Shown: piece after piece, positions 1-13,095 of the stretch | Layout of the letters: each line of letters opens with the position of its first letter | How positions within the stretch are numbered: position 1 is the stretch's first letter | Notes under the pieces: generated by a model | Told to the model about the DNA's origin: nothing | Database searches by the model: none | The model's input: only the letters and a program-made list of their open reading frames with translations | Translations under genes and position numbers: made by a program | Source: Antedon mediterranea | Taxonomy: Eukaryota; Animalia; Echinodermata | Reading direction: 5' to 3' | NCBI RefSeq assembly: GCF_964355755.1 | Contig: NC_092680.1 | Span: 5,456,001 to 5,520,000 of the forward strand | Length of the DNA stretch: 64,000 bases

Positions 1-600
1 TTGTACAAACTTACACATTGCCTTTAAACTACTTTTATGCTTTGTACATACATATTATGAATAATTAAATTGAGTTATTTTGTATATGTTGTTTTCTTTT
101 ATAATAAAATAACTTAATAATGTAATGTAACTGTTTAATATACTGTATGTATTGATAAAACGTGCGCAGAACACAATATGTGATTCTCCGCTATATTAGT
201 ACAGGGATTTTATCGAAAAATATCGACCTTTCCATTTATTTTTTATTATAACTGGATACTTATAATAATACTCATAATTGACATGCACAAAACGCCTTAT
301 ATGATTCCGCACATGTCAATTATTATATAGAAATCAGTTATGTATGAAAATAAATTGGTCCATTTTTTTTCAAAAAAATTGCAAAATGTCGACCTTTCAA
401 AAGAACTGGTTACTATAATATAATTGACATGCGCAAAACACATTATTTGACTCTGCGCATGTAATTTATGATATAGTAAGCAGTTTCGTCAAAAAATAAA
501 AGGGTCGAAAATACGCACTTTTCAATATTCAATTATTGCAATAATATTGCTATATATGCGTATATATTGCATTATCATCATTTTATAGACGTATAGTACG

Positions 601-3600
601 CAGTTTTGTCGAAAAATGAAAGTGTTGAAAATGGCAAATTTTCGACCTTTTTATTTTTCGATAAAACTGGTTAATATAGCACAATTGACATGCGCAGAAC
701 CCATTATTGGCCACTGCGCATGTTTATTATGCTATAGTAACCATTTATGTCAAAACTGGTTACTATAGCACAATTGACATGCGCAGAACCCATTATTCGT
801 CCCTGCGCATGTTTATTATGCAATAGTAACCATTTATGTCAAAAAATAAAAGGGTCGAAAATCGGCCATTTTTCGAAAATTTTCCTGTACTATAGTACAG
901 GATTTTTTTCGAAAAAATGGCCAATTTTCGATCTTTTTATTTTTCGATTAAACTGGTTACTATAGCACAATTAACATGCGCAAAACTCATTAGTGGCTTC
1001 TGCGCATGTTTATTATGCTATAGTAACCATTTTTGTCAAAACTGGTTACTGTAGCACAATTGACATGCGCAGAACCCATTATTCGTCTCTGCGCATGTTT
1101 ATTATGTAATAGTAACCATTTATGTCAAAAAATAAAAGGGTCGAAAATCGGCAATTTTTCAAAAATTTCCCTGTACACGGATTTTTAAAAAAATGGCAAA
1201 TTTTCAACCTTTTTATTATGACAAAACTGCTTACTATAGCACAATTGACATGCGCAGAACCCATTATTCGCCACTGCGCATGTTTATTATGCTATAGTAA
1301 CCATTTATGTCAAAACTGGTTACTATAGCACAATTGACATGCGCAGAACCCGTTATTCGTCCCTGCGCATGTTTATTATGCAATAGTAACCATTTATGTC
1401 AAAAAATAAAAGGGTCGAAAATCGGTCATTTTTCAAAAATTTCCCTGTACTATAGTACACGGATTTTAAAAAAAATGGCAAATTTTGGACCTTTTTATTT
1501 TTCGATAAAACTGGTTACTATAGCACAATTGACATGCGCAGAACCCATTATTCACCTTTGCGCATGTTTATTATGCTATAGTAACCATTTATGTCAAAAC
1601 TGGTTACTATAGCACAATTGACATGCGCAGAACCCATTATTCGTCTCTGCGCATGTTTATTATGCAATAGTAACCATTTATGTAAAAAAATAAAAGGGTC
1701 GAAAATCGGCCATTTTTCGAAAATTTCCCTGTACTATAGTACAGGATTTTTTTCAAAAAAATGGCCAATTTTCGATCTTTTTATTTTTCGATAAAACTGG
1801 TTACTATAGCACAATTGACATGCGCAGAACCCATTATTCGCCTCTGCGCATATTCATTATGCTATAGTAACCATTTATGTCAAAAAATAAAAGGGTAAAA
1901 AATCGGCCATTTTTCGAAAATTTCCCTGTACTATAGTACAGGATTTTTTTCAACAAAATGGCCAATTTTCGATCTTTTTATTTTTCGATAAAACTGGTTA
2001 CTATAGCACAATTGACATGCGCAGAACCCATTATTGGCTTCTGCGCATATCCATTATGCTATAGTAACCATTTATGCCAAAACTGGTTACTATAGCACAA
2101 TTGACATGCGCAGAACCCATTATTCGTCTCTGCACATGTTTATTATGCAATAGTAACCATTTATGTCAAAAAATAAAAGGGTCGAAAATCGGTCATTTTT
2201 CAAAAATTTCCCTGTACTATAGTACAGTGATTTTTAAAAAAATGGCAAATTTTCGATCTTTTAATTTTTCGATAAAACTGGTTACTATAGCACAATTGAC
2301 ATGCGCAGAACCCATTATTCGCCACTGCGCATGTTTATTATGCTATAGTAACCATTTATGTCAAAACTGGTTACTATAGCACAATTGATATGCGCAGAAC
2401 CCATTATTCGTCTCTGCGCATGTTTATTATGCAATTGTAACCATTTATGTCAAAAAATAAAAGGGTCGAAAATCGGTCATTTTTCAAAAATTTCCCTGTA
2501 CTATAGTACAGTGATTTAAAAAAAATGGCCAATTTTCGATCTTTTTATTTTTCGATAAAACTGGTTACTATGGCACAATTGACATGCGCATGTTTATTAT
2601 GCTATAGTAACCATTTATGTCAAAACTGGTTACTATAACACAATTGACATGCGCAGAACCCATTATTCGTCTCTGCGCATGTTTATTATGCAATAGTAAC
2701 CATTTATGTCAAAAAATAAAAGGGTAAAAAATCGGCAATTTTTCGAAAATTTCCCTGTACTATAGTACAGGATTTTTTTCGAAAAAAATGGCCAATTTTC
2801 GATCTTTTTATTTTTCGATAAAACTGGTTACTATAGCACAATTGACATGCGCAGAACCCATTATTCGCCTCTGCGCATATTCATTATGCTATAGTAACCA
2901 TTTATGCCAAAACTGGTTACTATAGCACAATTGACATGCGCAGAACCCATTATTCGTCTCTGCGCATGTTTATTATGCTATAGTAACCATTTATGTCACA
3001 AAATAAAAGGGTAAAAAATCGGCCATTTTTCGAAAATTTCCCTGTACTATAGTACAGGATTTTTTTCGAAAAAATGGCCAATTTTCGATCTTTTTATTTT
3101 TCGATTAAACTGGTTACTATAGCACAATTGACATGCGCAAAACCCATTATTCGCCTCTGCGCATGTTTATTATGCTATAGTAACCATTTATGTCAAAACT
3201 GGTTACTATAGCCCAATTGACATGCGCAAAACCCATTATTCGTCTCTGCGCATGTTTATTATGCAATAGTAACCATTTATGTCAAAAAATAAAAGGGTCG
3301 AAAATCGGTCATTTTTCAAAAATTTCCCCGTACTATAGTACAGGGATTTTAAAAAAAATTGCAAATTTTCGATCCTTTTATTTTTCGATAAAACTGGTTA
3401 CTATGGCACAATTGACATGCGCATGTTTATTTTGCTATAGTAACCATTTATGTCAAAACTGGTTACTATAACACAATTGACATGCGCAGAACCCATTATT
3501 CGTCTCTGCGCATGTTTATTATGCAATAGTAACCATTTATGTCAAAAAATAAAAGGGTAAAAAATCGGCCATATTTCGAAAATTTCCCTGTACTATAGTA

Positions 3601-3990
3601 CAGGATTTGTTTCGAAAAAAATGGCCAATTTTCGATCTTTTTATTTTTCGATTAAACTGGTTACTATAGCACAATTGACATGCGCAAAACCCATTATTCG
3701 CGTCTGCGCATGTTTATTATGCTATAGTAACCATTTATGTCAAAACTGGTTACTATAGCACAATTGACATGCGCAGAACCCATTATTCGTCTCTGCGCAT
3801 GTTTATTTTGCAATATTAACCATTTATGTCAAAAAATAAAAGGGTAAAAAATCGGCCATTTTTCGAAAATTTCCCTGTACTATAGTACAGGGATTTTTTT
3901 TAAAAAATGGCCAATTTTCGACCTTTTTATTTTTCGATAAATCTGGTTATGATAGCATAATTGACATGCGCTGAACCCATTATTCGACTC
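601..3990. repeat. Satellite array, ~285-bp higher-order unit (A-A-B; A=89 bp, B~108 bp), both subunits palindromic
   Basis: AACTGGTTACTATAGCACAATTGACATGCGCAGAACCC recurs (CTGG at 667, 756, 953...). Repeating ORFs at 747, 1307 and 1591 reflect the ~284-bp period. Degenerate units extend to ~170 and to 4365-4830. Confidence 0.97.
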
Positions 3991-4897
3991 GGTGTGAGTA
4001 TTGAATAAAATAATTATTGACAATTATTCGTAGGCCAGTACCAAATTATTTTATGTTTAAAACAACAACATTACACAGCTTGCTGTGCAATTAACACCAT
4101 TGTTGTGCACTTGAATGGGTTTCCTATGATAATAGGTGTTAATATGTCATTTGAGTGAGTGAGTCTTTCATGGCATTTGTAGTTGAGTTAGTCTTTGGTG
4201 ACAATAGTAACACACACTTGTAATTGAGTGGTATTTTGATTTTTAAATTTCATATTTCTAGTTAAAATTTTGAATATCTGAATATACCACAAGGTGTATC
4301 ATTCCCTAAATAGCCAAAAAAGTGATTTTTGAAAAATGTGTCAGTTGAGTCGTTCTTTCACAGGGCAGTATAGTACAGGGATTTTTTTCGAAAAATTTCG
4401 AAAATTCACACTTTTCAAAATTCAATTATTATGCAATAATATTGCTATATATGCGTATATATTGCATTATCATCATCTTATAGACGTATAGTAAGCAGTT
4501 TTGTCGAAAAATAAAAGGGTTGAAAAATGGCAATTTTTCGAAAATTTCCCTGTATTATAGAACAGGTTTTTTCGAAAAATTGCCAAAATTCGCACTTTTC
4601 AAAATTCAACTATTATACAATGATATTGCTATATATGCGTATATATTGCATTATCATCATCTTAAAGACACATAGTGTATAAGTAATTATGTCAAAAAAA
4701 GGAATGGTAAAAATTTGGGCAATTTAAAAAAAATCCCTGTACAGCAAAATGTTGACCTTTTTTTATTTTGATAACTGGTTACTAAAGCATAAATGACATG
4801 CACATGCACACATTATTGACTCTGCACTTGTTATTTGTTTGGCAAATCTACTAATTTTTAACAATTTAGCTGCAATGCTACTGTGTGCTTAAGTAGT

Positions 4898-7800
4898 CTA
4901 TTCTTCTAATTGTTTTCTAAGTGAGGCAATACCCTTTTCTAGTTGACAAGCTTGTTCATTCCACTGTCTGTTGTAAGTCTGTGCTTCAATTACTTGCTTC
5001 TTCAGTCTGGTTAGCTGTGCAACATTTCTTTTCTGTAAGAAATGTAAAAAGTGTTGTTTATTGGTTGAAATGATTAGAGCTAAAGTAGTGTGCTTTCACC
5101 AAATGTGTATATCAATATTTTCATAAGGTAGGCCTATAATATTTTTGCTGCTTGTTTCTAGTTTTTAGATTTAGAGGATGCTTTCTCAAACAAGTCTCAA
5201 ATCAAGCTTAGATAGTGGTGTATATTGGCTGTCATAAAAACCTGGAACAGTAACATGATTTAAACCAAGAACCCTGGGTGCCATTATTTACAGTAAATGG
5301 ACAAATAACATTTGGAATATTACTATCATCCACCTATTCCTCCTACTACTCGACTACACAACTGGAACTGATAACATTGCATTTAAATTTACATACATGC
5401 CAGACTACTATGTCCTGGTTAAGTTTTTTCTTCCTTTCCTTTGAACTTTCAACCTGAAAAAAAAAGTATTATTTTTTAGAGCTTTGAAGTACTAAAGGAA
5501 CAAAAAAAAAGCAGCCTACAAACTAATGTGAATTGTAGAAAGGAAGAGGTTATGTTATTTTTGATAAATTTATTTAAATAAATATGGAAATTCAAAATAA
5601 AGATATATTACATCAAAATTATATTTACCTTTTTAGCCACCTGATCTATATTTGAATTGAGGTTAATCTTCTTTATTTCTAATTCTTGGATGTCATCTTG
5701 AATATTTTGCTCACATACACCTTCTAATAACAGTTGTGTACCTTCAGGATTAGATTCTAGAATCTGTCCTAAAGAAAACCAAACATTGTAAACTTTATTT
5801 TAACATTGCTTTTAAATCAGTGACATGACTTTTTAAAATACAGTGTATTGTTACATTTACAATAAAAAATAGGAAAAAAAACCCATTTCAATTAAATTTC
5901 ATTTTTGGTACCAAAGACAATGTCCCTAAACCTTTAGGTTGTCTATTGTGTAAAAAGTGTATTTCCGATTAATAGGGGCGTCTTCTGAATAGAGGTGTAT
6001 TCGATATATTGCGATTCTCAAATCTAACTTTTGGAAATAAAATAGTACTTGTTTTTTTTGTAATTGTAATATTTATTGCCATCCATATAAAAAATATAAA
6101 AAATGACAGATCAAACAATTTTAAGAGTAAAATAAAGTGAAAGATTAACTTACTCTCATCTAAGAGCTTTTTAATAATGTTCTTTTGTTCTTGTAATGCC
6201 TGGTGTGTTACGGACACTTTCTCAAGATCAGTACATTGCTGAATGTGTAACTCCATCTTGGATCTGTACTCCTTCCGCATCCTGTTTGCCAAAAGAAAAT
6301 GCAAACAGTTTTTTCATCTTTGTTATTAATATTATATTGCACTAAAGTAGGATTTAAATGCTACTAAATCATATACAGTTATATAATTGTATTTGTATGT
6401 AATTTTTTCTGCTTTTTATGTTTTATATCATTTGCGTTTCTTGTCAATAACTTTTACCTGAATATTGGGGTTTTTTTGTCTTGTGCGAGTTCATCTCAAT
6501 TGTTATCCTGTATATTGTTATTGAAATTGACAAAATAAACGAATGATGCCAACCAAAGACTTTGAATTTTAATGTAATCAAATTTCATTTCTTTCCTTCC
6601 TTAGACAATAACACGTTTCTGTAAGACTTACAGGTTGCCAACAAAAAGCTTACTAAAATTGTGCAGGTAGCTGACTAAAACATGTTATTCTGATTTTTGT
6701 TGTTACTATATTTTTTTTCTTTCCCATAAAAGTGGTATTTAGCTGTTATTTAGAAACAAATGAATATTACTTTTCATTTAGAATGTCTTCTTCTTCACAA
6801 ACTTTCTTTTCTTGATGTAATTGAACATTCAGTGTAGAAACTTTAACAATTTCTAAACAAAAAATACAAGCATATATTATATATATATAAAAAAAAATAA
6901 CATATATTTAATATTTGTATGTTAATTTATACATTCTATTAACACTTCATTTTTTTTTTTGGCAATTTTTTTTTCCTCCTCTCAACCCCCCCCCCCCGCC
7001 CCCTCTGCCTCTCTTGTATGGTTTAAAATACTGTCTCAAACTGTAACCTAGTTATATTTGTTTATTGAGATGTTTCTGTTGTTGTTTATGTTCAATCCTG
7101 TAATCTTATGTTTATGAATAAAGGATGAATAATAATTAAAAAATCTTTAAAAAATGCAATTTATATATTCATATTAAAACTATAGGGTATTTACTGAATT
7201 TTCAAAGTTTAATACTCCCAACTAGTCTGGGCTCCAGATGGAGTTTTGTCTTAATATTAGTAAAAATATAAATATTTTTGCACATATGACGTTTCATACG
7301 TGTATTAATTGAGTTTGGGTGTATTTTCAGACAAAAATCAAAACGACGACGTGTGGAATGACATAAAAAAGACAATAAATACAGACTTGGAGCAAGTCTA
7401 ACTCCCAACCTGTGAGAAATCAATTTCAATATAGTTTAGGTTCATAAAAAGAAAATATTTTGGTGTACATGCTTGCCCCAGTGACCTGTAAAACAAAAAT
7501 AGCATCCAGTAAAGAAACAAACCTGTTTCTAACTGTGTGCAAGTAGTAGATAAATTACTACATTTATCTTCAAGTTGAAGAATTTTTCTGATGCACAACT
7601 CATTTTCATCAATTAATTTTGAGACCTTTTCTGACTCTAAAATAATATAAACAAAAATAATATGAGTAAATTGTTATATTATGGTGCATATAAGGAGGTT
7701 ATCATGTATTGTACATAGTAATAGTATTATCAACACATAGTTGTGGTTTCAGTTGAAATATACACTAAAAACATTAAAAATTACAATTATATTGCTTACA

Positions 7801-8589
7801 ATTTTAAAATTGAGAAAATACATATATTAAATATATTATGTTATACAAAGTTGTTATTTACATATATTAAAAACAGTAAATGTCAAAAAAATTAAATTAA
7901 CAAAATGAACAATTCAATATCATTATTGAAAATGTAATGAATTTAAATCTAAATGTTTGAAACGAATCCAGAATCACAAAATCTTCCATGGTAGTTTCTT
8001 TTGAACCAGTTGTTTTAATCCTTGCTGCTAAACTCCCTGATGCCATCTTACTAGAGTATGTGTCCTGTCCAAATCCACTTCATTTTTTATTTCTTAATAC
8101 GATTGGTTTTTCCTTAGCTTAATATTTACAGTAATGCATAAGTTATCTTTTATTGTGGTGGTATGTTTCTGATTTACATTAATGCTATGCTGGTTACAAA
8201 CTCAATTCATAAGTTTGGCACTTACCTCTTGCAAGCTCATCCTAAATATAAATAAAAATATTTATGATCAAATTAAAGACATGAATATAGACAACACATA
8301 AAAATGTACATATTAACTTTAAGTTAGTTGTTCGAACAACTAAACTACCTTGTCAATCGAGTTAGAATTAAAAAACAGACCATTTTTAATATTGAGTCTA
8401 TTGCTTGACAATCCTAGAAATTCTATAAATGTTTTTTGTGATTTTTGGTAGGGTAATGCATCTTAATTAAATCTGTACCTGTACAATTTTAAGTTTTTTC
8501 TGATGATTTGCTATTTCATTTGCCTGTGTTATCTGGGCATCAGAGACACTTTTAATAACTTCAGGTAGACTACTCTCCTCAAAATCCAT
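4898..8589 (-). CDS. CCDC122: Coiled-coil domain-containing protein 122; coding exons 8479-8589, 8226-8241, 7523-7636, 6771-6852, 6154-6281, 5629-5768, 5397-5453, 4898-5032 (~260 aa)
   Basis: All introns are GT-AG with consistent phases; 783 nt in total. N-terminus MDFEESSLPEVIKSVSDAQITQANEIANHQKKL and C-terminus KRNVAQLTRLKKQVIEAQTYNRQWNEQACQLEKGIASLRKQLEE* resemble human CCDC122 as recalled ([26 protein letters not shown]...[33 protein letters not shown]). Confidence 0.85.
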
Positions 8590-8779
8590 CCTACATAGGC
8601 AAGGCCTACATTAAAATTGTGAATGTCTGAAATGCAACAATTTGTATATATATTATTTATTTTTATAAAATGAAGTTAGTGTCTAAAAAAAAACAGAACA
8701 TGGGTGAATCCAGAGCAGAGGGTAGGCTAGTGGTAGTGCTCCCCTTTTTGACAGCTAAAATGAAATAGGATCGGACTAC

Positions 8780-9260
8780 TACTATTTAGCCTAGCTGACT
8801 TAGCCTACTAGCAATCTAGGCCTAATGTAAGGTGGAGCAGTCCAGGCTTGCTCCTCCTTTCCCCTACTAGCTAGGCCTAGTAGGCCTAGCTAGCCTAGCC
8901 TAGCTAGGCCTAGTCCTCTCTCTATAGCATTGCTTGGTGGGCCTATCTAGGGCCTCTCTCTACTCTAGCATCTCTCTCTCTGTCTGGGCCTACGCCTAGG
9001 GCCTAGCCCTGATTGTGGTACTCATTTACTGCAAAATAAATTACAGCTAGGCTAGGGCTTACGCAACCTACAGTACATAGGCCTACAGTTCACTCCGCCA
9101 CCGCCACCGTCGCCGACCGACGAATGATACACTAGGCTCTTCTCTGTCGCTCGCGTGCGACTCGAGCTCTCCGCGCCGATCTAGCTGGCTAGCTAGTAGC
9201 TGGCTGCTCCTGTGTGTCATGTGATTAAAAGTATAAATATTGACCAATTAGGCCTACTGC
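8780..9260 (-). promoter_or_regulatory. GC-richer, CTAG/TAGGCCTA-dense segment: probable CCDC122 promoter and non-coding first exon
   Basis: CpG-rich patch at 9095-9180. Minus-strand donor GTAAG (plus-strand CTTAC at 9058-9062). The ATG exon starts right after an acceptor at 8591-8592, which implies an upstream UTR exon. Confidence 0.5.
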
Positions 9261-10054
9261 ATCTCTCATGTAAATTACTTCAAACTTTTAACCAATCATA
9301 GTCAGGACAAAGTTATTATACAAATACTTTTTAGGCAATAGACAACAGAATCTGTCAGGCGCTATTTTATCTAAATCTAAGGAATTAAACAATACAATTA
9401 ACAGAAAATAAAAATATTTATTAGTTTGTTTAGTTATTGTTTAGTCTTTTATGACCCACTTATATGGAATAAATTCAGTACTTTGAACACAGTAATATAC
9501 TTTATAAAGGGTTGCATAATTATTAAGGCCCTTTTATGACAGTTTGTCATTGCATACTATGATTATCATATAATCTAATTTCATCAGCGTTGGTGGTGCA
9601 AGTTAATATTTTAGGTTATGATGTTCTTAATTCTATGATTGATTTGTTTTCTTTGTTTTGTATGTTTTGTTAATGGATGTACTATCCGAAAGAAAAATAA
9701 CAGAATTAATTATTGTCTTTGGAAAAAATAACTTGAATACGTGGTGAGTTATTAAAACTATTGTTTTATCATTCATTCTGTAATTAATATTATTTTGTTC
9801 TCATAAAATTTATACATTTCTATTCTATTTGAGAAGATTTCATTTTACAAAAATTACAAAAGGTTTTAGTTTTAAATAGATGGCCAGCAAGATACTAAAT
9901 GTAGCCAATGAGCGCCCGAGGCTGGAAGGCAATTACCTTACCGTATTAGCCTACACAATAGTCCGAAACGAAACGACCTAACATTGCCGAATCCCGTAGT
10001 CGCTTGGTCTGGTCAACAGTATTTTAGCACATCTCTACCGTGTTAAAGACAACT

Positions 10055-12543
10055 ATGGATACATTATCTGTAACATACCTATTCAAAAATGATATCAATC
10101 CCACTGCATGGACCACAGCTGATCCTGGAGACGAAGGACCTTCTGCCAGGGTAGAAGCCATGAAACTGGCCAACCGAGTTGTATTGACTGCTCTACTAGC
10201 TTTTATCATGCTAGCTATGGGGTGTGTTGTTACCGTTAACGACTTTAAAATTGCGTTAAAAAGACCTGTTGGACTGGCTATTGGATTCGTATGCCAGTTT
10301 GGGATAATGCCACTTGTAGCATTTACATTGGCACACATTTTCAATGTTGATGCACCATATGCTATAGGAATGCTGGTCGTTGGCTGTTCACCTGGTGGAG
10401 TGACGTCACAATTATTTACTTTTTGGAGTAATGGTGATGTTTGCTTAAGGCAAGTTACTTTATATTTATTAAGTTTAATGAATTTGTCACACCATGTCAA
10501 GTTAATGAGATTGCGGTCAAAGTAAGGTAATGTGAATACTTTGTGTTACCCATGCATACAAAATAGATTCTTCTATCTGCACACACAAAGAAAGACAACA
10601 TACGGTGATAGGGCCTACAAAATAGAGGTACTCTATAACAAAGCTCTTGATTTTATTTTATTTTTTTTTTATTTCAACTATCTTTAAAGAGGGTAACCGT
10701 TCCAGTTTAGCCCAGTATGTTAACTGATATTCAGAGCCCCTCTTTAATACAGTAAAATTAAAATACATCGCAACAATGACAATAACAAGCAACATCTTCT
10801 TCTTTAATTTCAATATGTGCCAAAGTGTGGAAAGAAAAATTATCCCACCATTCTTGGCCAACCTTTGTATGCTATTTACTAGGAAAGTACCTACAGTAAA
10901 TAAGTCATTTACGAAGAATACGAATATTATATATTTAATAAGAACATAAATGTATTACTACGTCTGTATGGTATTTACTAGATGTAAATTATTAGTTAAA
11001 AAATATCAACATGTATTATTAATAACTTACAGTATGTACGTAGAACCCCTGTTCAGACGACACCCGATTAACTTTCCCGCGAAACGAGGGGAAATCCCCT
11101 ATAGTATTACTTTCTTTAATTTAGTATCCTATTTTCAATACAGTATTTGCATGACGACTTTCTCGACACTTGCTGCAATAGGAATGATGCCGCTATGCCT
11201 GTGGATTTATAGTGGGAGTTGGACAGATGAAACTGCCGTAATCCCCTACAAGAGTATTGTCACAGCACTGGCTCTTATTCTAATTCCTGTATTCATTGGA
11301 ATGCTAATACGGCATTACAAACAAGAGTGGACACGAGTTATTACACTGGTTAGTCAGACATTAAGATTTGTTTTTTTCTTGAAAAAGAAAAAAATATTTT
11401 AAAACATTTATTTCTAGAACAATTACCAGTCGTAAAAAAGTAAACCGATAACCCCTTGTCTTGACGGTAGTGGGGTTTTGAATAAACTGTGTATTGTGTC
11501 GAAATCATAGTAAAAGGGAATAAGCTGAATAAAACTATAAATTTTATTAAAAGTTTGATTTTATTCACCTTAATTGTTCATGTTTTTGGGGACAAGCCGA
11601 TACATATTCAAATGCAACTTTAAGGTTAACGTTTAAAAAATAGAATTCGAAACGCATTTAAAAAAGTCAAGAATGTAACCCTTCAAGATACCATAGATAT
11701 CCAGAGGCCCTCTTCAAAACAAAATTACAATTTCAAACTTCTACCACAACCATCTTTCCTTGGGTCGTTTTCTTAAGCGTGGTTCCCACTAGTGACGCAA
11801 CACAAAGACGTAACGCAACGCAAGTGAATTGACCAATCACAAACAATGTCTTATTCGCTTGTGATTGCTAACTGCCTATAACTTCGCTTGTCATTGGTTA
11901 AAACGCTTGCGTTGCGTTTACGTCCTTGCGTTACGTTCTAGTGGGAACCAAGCTTTATTGTTCCCTTATACCGAGCTAAAACTTTTAGTATTCAACCCTG
12001 AACTGTGTTTTTAAATATTCTTATTTTATAATTCTATGGTGTTTTTAATAGATTAAATAATATGTTCTTTACCTTTTTCAGGTCGGTAGTATCACGGGAA
12101 TGCTTGCAATTGCTGTTAACATTATTCTGAATGGATTAATCAATCCTGATATGTTCCTAGCACCTTGGTACATTTATTTTTCAACAATTATTACACCACC
12201 GATTGCGTTTTTGTTGGGTTACATCATCGCTTACGTATTACGACAGTCAAGGAAGAAATGCCGAACCATCGCCATAGAAACAGGCAGTCAAAATATAGCT
12301 TTGGCCATTACCATTATTGCTATATCGTATGCAGACAACGAGGACTTCTTTCAAATACTGATTTATCCATCTCTATTTGGACCGTTTTTACTCATTGATT
12401 CAGCAATATGTGTACTGGTTTTCAAAATGATTGAGAAAAGAATGAAACCAGAAAATGACAACGAAGAGTCCCAGCAACCACCAATAGATGATGCTAATGA
12501 TAGAAAGGATGTTAGTTTTAAACAGCTCAATCAAGAACCGTGA
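10055..12543 (+). CDS. SLC10-family sodium/bile acid cotransporter (ASBT/SLC10A2-like); exons 10055-10449, 11144-11348, 12082-12543 (~353 aa)
   Basis: Family motifs MLAMGC, CQFGIMPL, GCSPGGVTS, GDVCLSICMTTFST, MMPLCL and RTIAIETGSQN. The exons sum to 1062 nt in frame when a GC donor at 10450 is used. Confidence 0.93.
11776..11954. mobile_element. MITE, PIF/Harbinger-like (179 bp)
   Basis: TIRs AGCGTGGTTCCCACTAG / CTAGTGGGAACCAAGCT flanked on both sides by TTA. Near-identical copy at 47675-47853. Confidence 0.85.
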
Positions 12544-12719
12544 AAACAAAACTAATAATTTTATTTTTGGTTAGTTTATATATCTTTCAAAGCTGTTCAA
12601 AGAAAATTAAAAATATTAATAATAAATAATAATATAATGCCGACTGGGTAAGGATAACAACTAAAAAAACGTCAGTCATATACAAAAGAAATGTAATTAA
12701 GATTTAATAAATACAAATT

Positions 12720-13095
12720 TGCTGATGTTTGCATGTGATGAGCGACTGGATAGAAAGATGCTCTGGCTTCTCTAATGCACCAACATTTGACGAAGACAGC
12801 CCCTAATATATCATATTATTGTAATAATCCATTGCACTTTTGCTGATGTTTGCATGTGAGCGACTGGATTGAAAGATGCTTTAGCTTCTTTAATGCACCA
12901 ACATTTGACGAAGACAGCCCCTAATATATCATATTATTATAATAATCCATTGCACTTTTGCTGATGTTTGCATGTGAGCGACTGGATTGAAAGATGCTCT
13001 AGCTTCTTTAATGCACACACACCATATAATGTATTATTACCACCAACATTTGACGAAGACAGCCTCGAATATAATATTATATTATTGTAATAATT
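12720..13095. repeat. Tandem repeat, three ~120-bp units
   Basis: GCTGATGTTTGCATGTGA...ACATTTGACGAAGACAGCC starts at ~12721, 12842 and 12960. Confidence 0.9.

Noticed and set aside
747-3471. Repeated Cys-rich ORFs (MSKLVTIAQLTCAEP...)
   Set aside because: They are translations of the satellite; indels between units break the frames freely.
601-3990. CRISPR-like array of palindromic repeats
   Set aside because: There are no unique spacers and no cas genes, and the context is eukaryotic.
7915-8047. Short minus-strand ORF (MASGSLAARIK...) in a CCDC122 intron
   Set aside because: No recognisable homology, and it is not needed for the reading frame.
10024-10500. 158-aa antisense ORF over SLC10 exon 1, and similar antisense ORFs over the Ig genes
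   Set aside because: These are shadow frames of real coding exons with no independent evidence.
12720-13095. snoRNA-like CTGA/TGATGA motifs in the 120-bp repeat
   Set aside because: TGATGA is present in only one unit and there is no terminal stem.
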